Positions 12,301 to 24,300 of a stretch of DNA of 64,000 nucleotides are shown here, piece by piece. Positions within the stretch are counted from its first letter, which is position 1, and each line of letters begins with the position of its first letter. The stretch lies in the NCBI GenBank assembly GCA_964234715.1, contig OZ174276.1, one strand, 5' to 3'. The notes under the pieces were generated by a model. It saw only the letters and a list, made by a program, of their open reading frames with translations. It did not search any database and was not told the origin of the DNA. Position numbers and translations under genes: made by a program. Source of the stretch: Podarcis melisellensis. Taxonomy: Eukaryota.

Positions 12301-15300
12301 GAAGAAGGCCTAAGCAAGCTGAACTGCATGTTGAAATAAATATCAACAATAATGATAGGAATAGGAATAATTAAGAAATACATTACATACTGCCATCTTC
12401 CATCTGAAAGAAGAAGAAGAAAAGTTAGCATTAGGGTTGTCACTTAATTAAAGATATTTGCTGATTATCATGGGCTGTATTCAAAGCAGTACTAAGCAAT
12501 GCTTGCCTGATGGAAAAATCTTCCCTCTCGTGCAAGCGCTTTAATGAACTAAATAGCTTTAAAGGCAAATAAGCATTATTTCTTCTTTTAGATAATGCAC
12601 ATGTGGCACAGCAGGTATCATCTTAGAATAGTTATTTTCTCTAGTTTCATTTTCTCTAGCCTTAATTCAGGAAAACAGCTTGTTTTATTAGAAGGTATGT
12701 GATATAGTTCTTAAAGTTAGGCAGATGTCAGCCTACTCTTTCCTGAAGCAGGAAATGTTTTCAGATCAAGTACAGTGAGATTTAAACACTTGGCTCTCCC
12801 CAAAATAAGATTCAATTGTAGCAAATTAAATATAGTTTCTACACTTTCTCAAAATGCATACTTACTTCTGTCTTCCTTTCAGCTATCTGATTGTTCCTAT
12901 AGGAAAGAAAGATAAAAATAATTGTATGTATCATGAGACTAGCTGGTACACTCAATATTTAAGAAAAAATATTGCTTGCAATTTACTGCCTAGTTATTTT
13001 GCTAGTCAACCTCCATCAAAGAGGCTAGAATTTAAAATTTTAGTTTCTAGGTGAAAATGTGTTTGTTATAAGCAAGGATCACCCATCTTGGGCACTGAGC
13101 ATAAAAGAGCCTTGAGGGATCAGAAGTCCCATCTAGGCTATCATCCTGTTCTCACAGTGGCCAGGTGCCTATGGGAAACTTGCAAACAGGACTCAAGTGC
13201 AACTCTCCGCTTGTACTTCCAGCAGCTGGTATTCAGAGGCATACTGCCCCCAGCAGTAATAGCTTAAAGGTAAAGGTACCCTTGCCCGTACGGGCCAGTC
13301 GTGTCCGACTCTAGGGCTGTGCGCTCATCTCACTTAAGAGGCCGGGGGCCAGCGCTGGCCGGAGACACTTCCGGGTCACGTGGCCAGTGTGACGAAGCTG
13401 CTCTGATGAGCCAGCACCAGCGCAGCACACGGAAACGCCGTTTACCTTCCCGCTATAAAGTGGTACCTATTTATCTACTTGCACTTAGGGGTGCTTTCGA
13501 ACTGCTAGGTGGGCAGGAGCTGGGACCAAAAGACGGGAGCTCACCCTGCCGCAGGGATTTGAACCGCCGACCATACGATCGGCAAGGCCTAGGCACTGAG
13601 GTTTTACCCACAGCGCCACCCGCATCCCCAATAATAGCTTAAAGGTAAAGGTAAAGGTACCCCTGCCCATTCGGGCCAGTCTTGCCAGACTCTAGGGTTG
13701 TGCGCTCATCTCACTCTATAGGCCGGGAGCCAGCGCTGTCCGTAGACACTTCCGGGTCACGTGGCCAGCGTGACAAGCTGCATCTGGCGAGACAGTGCAG
13801 CACACGGAACACCGTTTACCTTCCCGCTGGTAAGCGGTCCCTATTTATCTACTTGCACCCGGAGGTGCTTTCGAACTGCTAGGTTGGCAGGTGCTGGGAC
13901 CGAACGACGGGAGAGCACCCCGCCGCGGGGATTTGAACCGCCGACCATGTGATCGACAAGTCCTAGGCGCTGAGGTTTTACCCACAGCGCCACCCGCGTC
14001 CCTTAATAATAGCTTAGCCCTCCATTAATTTATCTGATCCTTTTAAAGTCATCCAATTTGGTGGCCATCACTATATCTTGTGGGAGAGAATTTCAGAGTG
14101 TAGCTGTGTGCTGAGTGAGGAAGTATCAGCCCTGAATTTTCCAACATTTAGCCTCATTGGATGGCCTTAAATTCTAGTATTACGAGAAAGGGGAAAAAAC
14201 CCTCTATCCACTTTGTCTGTACCATGTATAATGTACACCTTTATCATGTCTCCTGTTACTTGCCTTCTCCCCCTAAACTGAAAACTCCCACATATTGCAA
14301 CCTTCTCATTTTAATGCCCATACACTTGGTCTGGAAAGTTCCTTTTGGAGCTCCTCATAATCCCTTTTTATTTTAACCATTCTGACCAATTTGATCAGCT
14401 AATCTGACTACCTTACTGCTTACCCTCTAACTCTAAACTACTAATGAACAAGTTAAAAAGCACAGAACCCAATACTGAACTTTGGAGGACACCCACTTCC
14501 TACATCTTTCCATTGGGAGAACTACCTATTAATTCCTACTCTTTTCTTGTTTCTTAACCAATTCCTGGTCCATAAGAGGGCTGTCATCTTATCCTATATA
14601 ACACTTTAATCTTGCACATTTTCCTCCAGTTTAACTTTCTTAAAGATGTCTCTCTGCTAAATCATTACTCTTTGCCTGAACATTCAGTTACAAAATGAAC
14701 CCACCCACCTACCACTGCAAAATATGTTATTATATGGCAGAAAAAAGCCTGAGTATTCATCTTCTGACAAGTGGACCAAAGGCATGCTGGATATTAGAGC
14801 TATGCAACCAATATATTAGTAGGAAGGTCAGGAAATAACAAATCACTATATTACATATTTTGTATGCTTCCACTAAGTTTTATTTTAAAATTGTAAATGT
14901 AGGTTTACTTTATAGGTGGTGGCATCCTTCTAGAGGCAGCATTGTTTCTGTCATAGCTATCAGCTGATGGTACTGGAGGCTTCTGTATCTTTTCTAACTC
15001 TTTTCTAAAATAAAAGAAAAACAGCAAAGAATAGGGTTGATTACTTTTGGTCTGTCATGCTAAGCAGTTAATTGTGATAATCTGTGTCACAGAAAATAAA
15101 ATATTTACCTCAGCTGAGGGGTCAAAGGCTATAAGGAAGGAATAAAGGAAGGTCAAATTAAATGAAAGGGTAAAATATATATTTAAAACGGATTAAAATG
15201 TAAATACAGTAGAAGTGAAGACTTTTCTTACCATTTTGCCTGAAAAGATGAAATAAAAAGAAAAAAAATTAGTTAAAGGAGCTAATTGTGATCGGTGACT

Positions 15301-18300
15301 ACTGTCATGATCAAGTTTAATTGTGTGACTTTAGGACTGTCACAATTTGACTCTGAGAGTATGTTTGTTAACCTACTGCATAGAATACAAAATAGGTGGT
15401 ATTTTCTCTTCTCTCTCTCATAAATCTAAGACATCCTATATGGTATCTCTGAAAATGAATGTGTTCAGGTGATTATTTCCTTTTCACAAAGCAAGTATGT
15501 CACTGACAACTGAGTTGTAAATCTCTCTTTACTTTGGCATCTCTGAGGATAGGAATATACAGTGCGTCAACCCTATCTATTTCCTTTTACCAGCTTTTAA
15601 ATGTTGTGATAACCTCTAGAGAGGCAATAAGGTAAAACATTTCATACTTGTATTACTGAAGCTAAACTGAATTAATTTATAAGCATGCAACTTACTAAGG
15701 AAAGTTTGCAGTATTTGAAATGCTAAAAGACTGAGTCTTGAGAGCCTGTCTTATTGTTCAAGTCTATTCACCACTACACCTTATTAATAGTTGCTACTTC
15801 TGTTACTTTAACTGATATTTTAGATTGCCTTTTTCTGATTATCTCTCAGAATCAGGTAGTAATGTATAATGATGAAGTTTAGCTTAAAATGCTACTACAG
15901 TGAGTTACTTTTCCTTTCTAATCACCACATACAGCACATATTTGTTCATACCCTCCCCATTTATGTTACAGGTAGGTAGCTGTGTTGGTCTGCTGTAGTC
16001 GAAACAAAATAAAAAAATTCCTTCCAGTAGCACCTTAGAGACCAACTAAGTTTGTTATTGGTATGAGCTTTCGTGTGCATGCACACTTCTTCAGATACAC
16101 TGAAACAGAAGCCACCAGACCCTTATATATAGTGAGAGGGTGGGGAGGGGTTTTACTCAGGTGGTGGGAATGGGTGATTGGCTGATAGGTGTGGTAACAA
16201 CCACACCCAATCGCACCACCCTTCTGAGTAAAACCCCTCCCCACCCTCTCACTATATATAAGGGTTTGGTGGCTTCTGTTTCAGTGTATCTGAAGAAGTG
16301 TGCATGCACACTAAAGCTCATACCAATCACAAACCTAGTTGGTGTCAAAGGTGCTACTGGAAGGAATTTTTTTATTTTGTTTCCCCATTTATGGTCAGCT
16401 TATTTTAGTGCTTTGTACAATGTCTGGCAGTTTATAGCTATGAACCAATGCCTACCTGATCGTAGGATGTCTCTGTCAAATGGAGGCCCAGATTTTTCCA
16501 GTGAGGGCTTTTTGCTTCGATCTATGGGAGCTGGTGACAGTGAGAAACAAAAAATATTTTGTTAAACTTGGTGCTAATACTTTATTTTAGACTTTTAAAA
16601 CTCCTCTACATTCAGAGAATACTCAAGCAGTTTATAGTTATCTGGTACAAAACATAATACAGATCATAAAATAGTATTAAAAACTTAAAAAAGAAGAATT
16701 AAGAATGGCAGAAATAAAGTTGACTAATTTGGGACAATTTGGAAAAAAATTAAAGCTTTCAACACTGAAAACATAAAAATCTTGGGGCTTGCTTCACTTC
16801 TAAGTGAAGTGAATTCCTGACAGCTGTCTGGATATGAATTTCAGCACAGTATTTCAGTAATTCTTATAAAGTAATATTCCTTTTTAGAGTTAAAATAAAA
16901 AATTGTTCAACAATTAGTTGCAGGTTGTGGGAAATGCTGGAAGGACAGATGTAAAAATAATGCTTTATGTTTAAAGCAATGTAAATATACTAAAGGATGT
17001 AGTTTTTAAAAGGTTAAATAAAAGCACTTACGTGTAAAGGGTTTGATGCTTTTTTCTCTGATACTCTCATTATTGCTTGAAGGAGAAAGGAAATGTGGCT
17101 GCTAAAGTAATAGATTTAGTAAATACTGTGTCTAGCAGAATGGTAATTACAGATTTGATTTTAATCTATTGAGATTTCATAGCTGCCAACCAGTGTTCAA
17201 AATAACCAAGTATCACAGATCTGTATCACAGAACTGTTGCTTTCCTGTTTTACTTCCTCCACCCACCCCCCATGTCTGGATCTATTTCCAGTTAAACGAG
17301 GGTTGTGAATCTACACAATTTTGAAACATGAATTTTTTGTTTTTGTTTTGCTAGTCCAGCCCTGATTGACGTGTGCAGTGTAATCTGCACTAGATACTGG
17401 CCAACTACAATAAAATAATGCAAACAACTAGTGACATTTTCAGAAATAGGGCTGGTGAATTATTCTGGTAAGGTATTAAAAAGGCTTTTCCAAAGCTGAT
17501 ACACAGTTGTGTAGCAGTTCCTCACTGATTGACTGTGGTTTGCTATGCACTTAATCCCCAGGAAAAAAATAAATACAAAATGAAACAGTACATTCTTTTT
17601 GCACCAATGGAACCTACCCCAGGGCTTCTGCCTCCACTTGGTGGTACAGGGGAAGATTCAGGCCTTTTTGGTGGAATGGGAGGCTGAGTAGATATTTTAG
17701 ACCTTTCTGCTGGCTGTCGATCTGAAGAAAGGAATAACATTAACAAAATAACAGAATATATAGGGTGGGTGGGAATCCTTCTTGCTTGATCTCATTAAAA
17801 AGACACATCTTTATATACTTTGAGACGTCATTTGAGAGAATTAAATTAATCCATTCAGGAAATAAAGCACATTTTCAAGCTTGTAGTTGGTTTACCCAGA
17901 AGGGGGCACAAAAATGTTATGAAAGCTCAAGTAAGATGAAGTTTCAAAATGAATTATTTTAAAATTGCCAATAAGAGTTGGTATTTAGAAAACAAAAAAT
18001 GTTTTCTGTGTCTCCTTCCCAGAACTAGACAATACTCTCTAATGCATTTCATAAATGAAAAGTGTGAAAGAACATTTAACATGGTTACCTATGTATTCTG
18101 AGGCAGCTGGTATTAAAGTGGGAGGAAATAAGGTGTTTCGGTGTGTGTCATCATCATTTGATGGAGGAGGTTCATAATCTGCTTCATCTTCAGCACCATC
18201 TTGATCATTGGGTGTTTCATAGTCCACACCATCTTCATGCTCCGGGTCATCTGGGCTTTCATAATCATCATCACTTTCATCCTGTCAAAACAGAAGTATC

Positions 18301-21300
18301 AGACTGTCAAAAATATCTTAATGTAGCAAGGTTGTATTGTTACATCCCTGTGCTTTCCACTGCTGAATGAAAGTGAATTCTAGAGTTCATGAGAAATTGT
18401 AACAAAGCCTTATTCATTTAAATTGGGGAAGAATGATACATAAAAAACTCACAGGTTTGAATAAATGGGAATTGTTTACAAGTGATTGTGTTTTGATGGT
18501 GTTACAGCAGAGAAGACTAGTGTCTTCTTGGAGGCATCCTACTTTTGTGTACAGCAGGGATAGCCAACCTAGGGCCCTTCAGATGTGGACTACAACTCCC
18601 ATCATCCCTGAGCACTGGCCACACTGGCTGGTGCTGATGGGAATTTCACTCCAATACATCTAGATGGCACCATGTTGGCTACACCTGCTGTATAACATTA
18701 CATTAGAACAGTGTTAGTGTTGCAGAGGAGGGAAAAATACATTTTGTTCAATTTAGTATACTAGCAATCTACTGAATCAAGAAACGTGATATGAGGCTGG
18801 CAAGAAGGCTTAAGCTGGAGGGTGGGCACATCACTTGGATACACAGCAGACAGGCTGAAGGCCAGCTGTTTTTGCAGAAGGAAAACGTAATCACTTCCAT
18901 CAGCAACAATACTGCATCTGATACTGCAGGACTGTAGCTATCTGGGAGCTCTATACACCAGCCACCAGCAGATTGTTTATTGGGTACCACTTTAGCCTGT
19001 ATATTAGAAGAAGTTTGAGTTGTAGTACAAGTGTCTGCAGAGAGTTAGGGAACGGGTCTCAACCCAGAGCTCCCAGCAGCCACATTGATGCTCTTGTTCC
19101 TATGTGAATCTGGTATACTCAGCTTGGGGATTTATAGTGCTATTTAGGCTACAATGCTAGCCTGCCTGAGCATCCAGTCAGCCTGCACATCCAGTCAGTC
19201 TGAGTATCCAGTCTCAGAAGATCAGGCCATATAAAGTTAAGGCCCAAAAGTTTGATCAACCTGAGCAACTTGTTTCTGGTATGAAAACTTTGGGCTGTAT
19301 TCAACTACATCTTACTGTGAAGAGACCTATTATAATTAATATATTATGTTCATTAATCTCAATGGGTCTACTCTGTGCAACACCTTGTTGAATAATACCC
19401 TTTGCCTAGCCCCTACTTTTTTAATGGATGCTGCCTTGAAACACGTACTCTTCTTGACTTTGACCCCTCTGATTACATTTTTAGACCCTCCATTCACATT
19501 CAAGGAAATATGAGTAAATGCCCCTGCAGACCTTCCCTGTCATGGACTGAGCACACAGAGCAATACACACAGGGACACTGGGGTAGTGGGTGGGGCTTGC
19601 GTATGAACACAGAGTGTTCACATGAACATGCCCTCTTGTGCCTTCATATACTCAGATGCAACATCAGGGTATCAGAGAAGAAGAAAAGAGAACAAAACCC
19701 TCATAGGTGAACTCCTATGGCACTTGTCTTTTGAGCTCTAGGATTCAGTTATATCTGCCTCAAGCATTTAATTGTGCAAATCAGATAAGATTTCTCAGAC
19801 TGGACCTCCAGTGAAACATTGGTAACCAGTTAATTGGAAATATATTATTTTCATATGTGCCTCCTTCAAGCATGCCTCTATTTCCTTGAAACTGTAGAAC
19901 AGGCAAGCAGCTGGCCTTTCTGAACAGTCCCAGAGAATGAGATAATCAAGGATGTTTACTCCATCTATCTTAAAAAGTTGAAGAAATCTTATTTTTTATT
20001 TTGTCAAGTTTCAATAGCAGCTTCAGCCCCCAAACAACCTACATTGGATGCCTCTAAAGAGGAACATATGAGTGCAGTGATATTTGCCATGTCATTCTTT
20101 TAAGCTGAATACATTTGTAGTGTTGATAAAAAATACTTACAAAGGAAGACCAACCATCACCTTCATCCTGTCTATATTCTATGGAAAGGCAACAAAAATC
20201 ACACAGCAGCTATAAATCTCCAAGTTCATGATGGTTTTACAATTAACAATTAAATAACTACAAGAATAGTTGTGGCAGACATTAATGAAACAGCCAAGGC
20301 TGATTCACACATGCATGCATATTACCTGGTCAGTCACCTCAGTTGAGAAACATTGTATAAAGTGATACAAAAGCTCTCTGGGTATTGTTTGATGATGTTC
20401 ATTTCACACATATTGCCATATGAATAGGAAAATAAGGACAGTTCCAGATGCATAGCTCAGCAAATTTTAGATAACCAACACATGTGTGATTAATATATAA
20501 TGATCTCTATCAAATAAAACATGAAATATTAGGTCAAGAATTACTTTCATGTGCACATGATCCAATTTACACTAGGGAATTTAATAGAGTATTCAATTCT
20601 ACCACCAGAGGACCCAGGAAACTATCGTAATATTAGTTTATTATCAATCATCGGAAAAATCTATACTCGCTTCCTGCTAACCAGACTAACCCAATGGGCT
20701 GAAGATTCCAATCTGATAGGCCATGAACAGGCCGGGTTTAGACCAAATCGTGCTTCTATTGACCATGCAATAATTCTATATCATTTGGCGCGGAAGTATT
20801 CTTCCCCCACTCATGGTCTTCTATGTGCCGCTTTTATAGACCTGAAGGCGGCTTTTGACAGTATCTCTAGAGAGCTGTTATGGGAAAAACTGGCAAAGTG
20901 GGGCATAGATAAAAGGCTCTTGTGGCTTATGATCAAATTACATGAAGGGACGGCCGCTAGGGTGAGGTTAACACCTGAGGGCGATCTCACAAACTCTGTA
21001 CCAATAAATAAGGGGGTACGACAAGGGTGCATCCTTGCCCCCTATCTCTTTAACCTCTATATTAGTGACATGAGATCTCCCCTAGCTGAGGCCCAAACCA
21101 CCATTCGTGCACCCAGGCTTGTAGACTATTGCTGCCCCTTATTATTGTACGCTGACGATGCGGTGATCCTCTCATATTCAAGAATCGGTTTGAGGAGGGC
21201 CTTTAAGATTTTCGCGTTATATTGCCAAACAAATTTACTTACTATTAACCATTCCAAATCTAAAGTCCTAATTTTTTCCACGAGTCGTAAATTGTATAGG

Positions 21301-24300
21301 TGGGAACTCGAGGGGAAGCCAATCGAACAAGTCTACAAATTTCAATATCTAGAAATTTACTTCCAGCATAATATAGGATGGAAAGCGTATATCACATACT
21401 TACAAAATAAGGGTAAAGCCCTTATCTACGCTCTATTACGCTTCTTCTTTACAGAGGGAGGGGGCTATGCATGTTCCATCCGCCTTAAAAGTTTATAGTA
21501 CAAAAGTGGTAGCAACTATAGCCTATGCGGTCCCTTTATAGGGCGCTTTTGTAAACCTCATGCCTCTGGTGACATTGCAAAATCTTTTTCTCAGACGCCT
21601 TTTGAAACTACCCTCCTGTGTAAGCAACTCTGCTATTCGCTTAGAACTTAAGACCCCCTCCTTAGAGATCCTGATGTGGAGACATGCCTTTAATTATTGG
21701 CTGTCCCTTTGGCATAAATTGCCTAATTACCATCTTATTCAGTGCCTTTGGAGAGATGAATTTACCAGCCCATGGGCAACAAAAATCCATTCCAAACTGT
21801 TGTCTTATGGAATCTCTCCTTCCGATATACTAAATTTAGATCTAATTACAGCTAAAAAGGTCATCAAACAAAGATTGGAGGAGGTTGATTTGCAACAAAA
21901 TCTTACTACAGGTGGAGGTACATGTTCCCCGATAAATTAGGGCATTACATCTATGTCCCAGATACCTTGATATCTGTCTACCTTATCGGTTGCGTCGCAT
22001 AGATTCACATTTGTTAGAGCCAGATTTAATGTGTTCCCCTCAAATGTGCTGAGCAATAGATTTTCTAACGGTAAAACCTCTGTTTTATGCGCATGTGACA
22101 ACAAATCAATAGAATCCCTTTATCATATCTTGTTTAATTGTCCTTTATATATTGTTCCCCGATCAAGGATTCTGAGTTCAATTATTTTGGAAACCGTTGC
22201 TAAACCACCTGAATTACATCTAGCCTATTTACTCCAGGACATTGACTCTTATAGAACATTACAGGTTGCCAGATTCCTGAATTCAGTTCTTTCATATAAA
22301 AGACTTCATGGAATGCTACATGACTATTAAAAATCTAGTAAACTCTATGCATCATCTTTATATTCAAGGCCACAATACGGTACATCTAGAGATTGTATGT
22401 AATGTGAAGGAGATTATGCGTTGAAATAATTTAGTTGATATTTTAGAATGTAAAATGCTATTTTATTTATTGATTGGTTTTACCTTGTGGGCTTATAGCC
22501 AAATAAAGTATTATCTATCTATCTATCAAAGTATTCAATTCTGCAGCTCTGGCACCAATCATCAATTGGCATATATGTTAAGATAAAACCTTAACAGTAA
22601 ATTCTAGCGTCGTAAAAATCACGTTAAAATCTGACCATATGCTCTGGAAAAGGATTGTTTTGGCTATATGAGATTTCAAAAGAAGCACTTTCACTGTATG
22701 GCCCAGGCCCAGAGCTGAGGTACATACCTTGGCTTAATAAGCTGTGGTATGCATAATCCTTGTTCCTTTGTGCTCTATCCCCATGCTGCCCTTTCCTTTC
22801 TCTATAGTCACCAGGGTAAAAACAAGTTAGGATCTTAAACTAGTGTCAAGTTTCTGGCTTCTTGGTCCTGGTAACCATACCACATAACAGGAAACAACAA
22901 AGACTTCCTATTTTGAGAGAAGGGGGGAAAGCCAGCATGAGGATGGAGTACAGAGGCAAAGCGGGCCCATGCAGATATTGCCTTATTAAGTGAAAAATGT
23001 AACTCCACACTAGGCTTCTTGAGCAGCTTTACAACTGCATGAGTGTACAATTGCTTCTTTGAAAATATATAAGAATTAGCATAAGGAGAATTAGAAATTC
23101 TGTGTACATTATTAGGGATCAGTTTTTCTTGTGCTACATTTTGTTTATAAACACTAGCATGTTATATATTTCCCCACTGAATAAGAAAAGGTTTGATCCA
23201 TTTAAAACTTGCATTTAGGCTCCCCTGAAATAAATGTGAAAAATTAGACATGACTTAAGTCCCATTGATTTTAATGGGAACTAAATGCAATTAACAGGGA
23301 GCAATCAAAACCAATGATTTGTTGGGATGAGAGGGGTTTGGAAAAGGTGGATTTCTGGCTGAGCCTGGGCTCAGCTGGCGCTATGTTGGTTAAAGTCTGC
23401 TGTCCTGGCTCAACTGTACATAACAGTGTGTGAGTCTTCTATTCTGGCTCAGCTGCTTCTGCTGAATGGAAAACCAACACAGTGTATATCCAAACTCTTA
23501 TTCCAAACTCCATTCAGGTCATGTAACCTAGCAACCCAGTGGAAATTAAGTGGCAAAAAGGGTGGTGCAAGTCAAACTCAATTTTAAACATTTAGTTTCT
23601 CCTCCGCTAGTCTTGGACTGCTTCTAAAAAGCACCAGCACAGTCTACCATGGTGTAAATTACAATGTCTTCCTGTAGTTTGGATTGCTCTGCTAGTCTGG
23701 ATCCAATCCATAGACAGAGAACACTACAGAACAAAACTGAATTTAAAGAGGGTGGCTTCTAAATATCTGGAAAGTGGACACAGATATAAATTGGCAGTGT
23801 ATTTACCTGGATTTTCAGGTACCTTCTGTGTTTGTGACCTGCTGCAATTTTGGGAGGAAAATGAGAAAGTTAATAGTTCATATTTCAATTATAAATTGAA
23901 TATATTTGAGATGAGCATTATAATACCTAGCCATCATGTATCCAAATAAATGTGCCTTTTAACCGACATCATTTAGGCAAAACGTGCCGAAATACAGTGC
24001 CTAAAATGATAACATGTAAAATCCTGGCAAAGTGCAAAAGATCCGTAACATAACACCTGAAAGAATAAGGTTGTGTGGTTAAACAGATGCCATTTGCCAC
24101 TGTCCTGTGAGATTCCCCAACTCTGCCCCTCTTTGCTGCCTGTAGTTTTGTGAGGCAAAAAACTTTGCAGCACACTGACATGATGTGTTTGGTATTACTT
24201 TGTTGCCAGGGAGGAAAGCAAGGAATAAATAGAGGACTGATGTTTTTAGCAACAATCAGAGGTATCCTACAGCTTCATGTTGCTGCCTCAGATACTTCCT

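Larger units (their letters stand above)
13095..14595 (-). mobile_element. Old CR1-type LINE 3' region interrupted by the two SINEs
   Basis: Sequence on both sides of the SINE pair resembles squamate CR1 3' ends; boundaries approximate. Confidence 0.5.

Noticed and set aside
14757-14787. HAFGPLVRR segment resembling human exon 14 (HGWGPDRR)
   Set aside because: No AG in the required phase, an in-frame stop follows and there is no donor; 12866-12896 fits phase and splice signals.
16035-16565. Bidirectional ORFs with near-identical peptides
   Set aside because: Artefact of the inverted Penelope repeats.
20551-21498. 315-aa ORF as a host gene or active RT
   Set aside because: It is a 5'-truncated LINE ORF2 with a frameshift and stops; the listed start lies outside the TSD.
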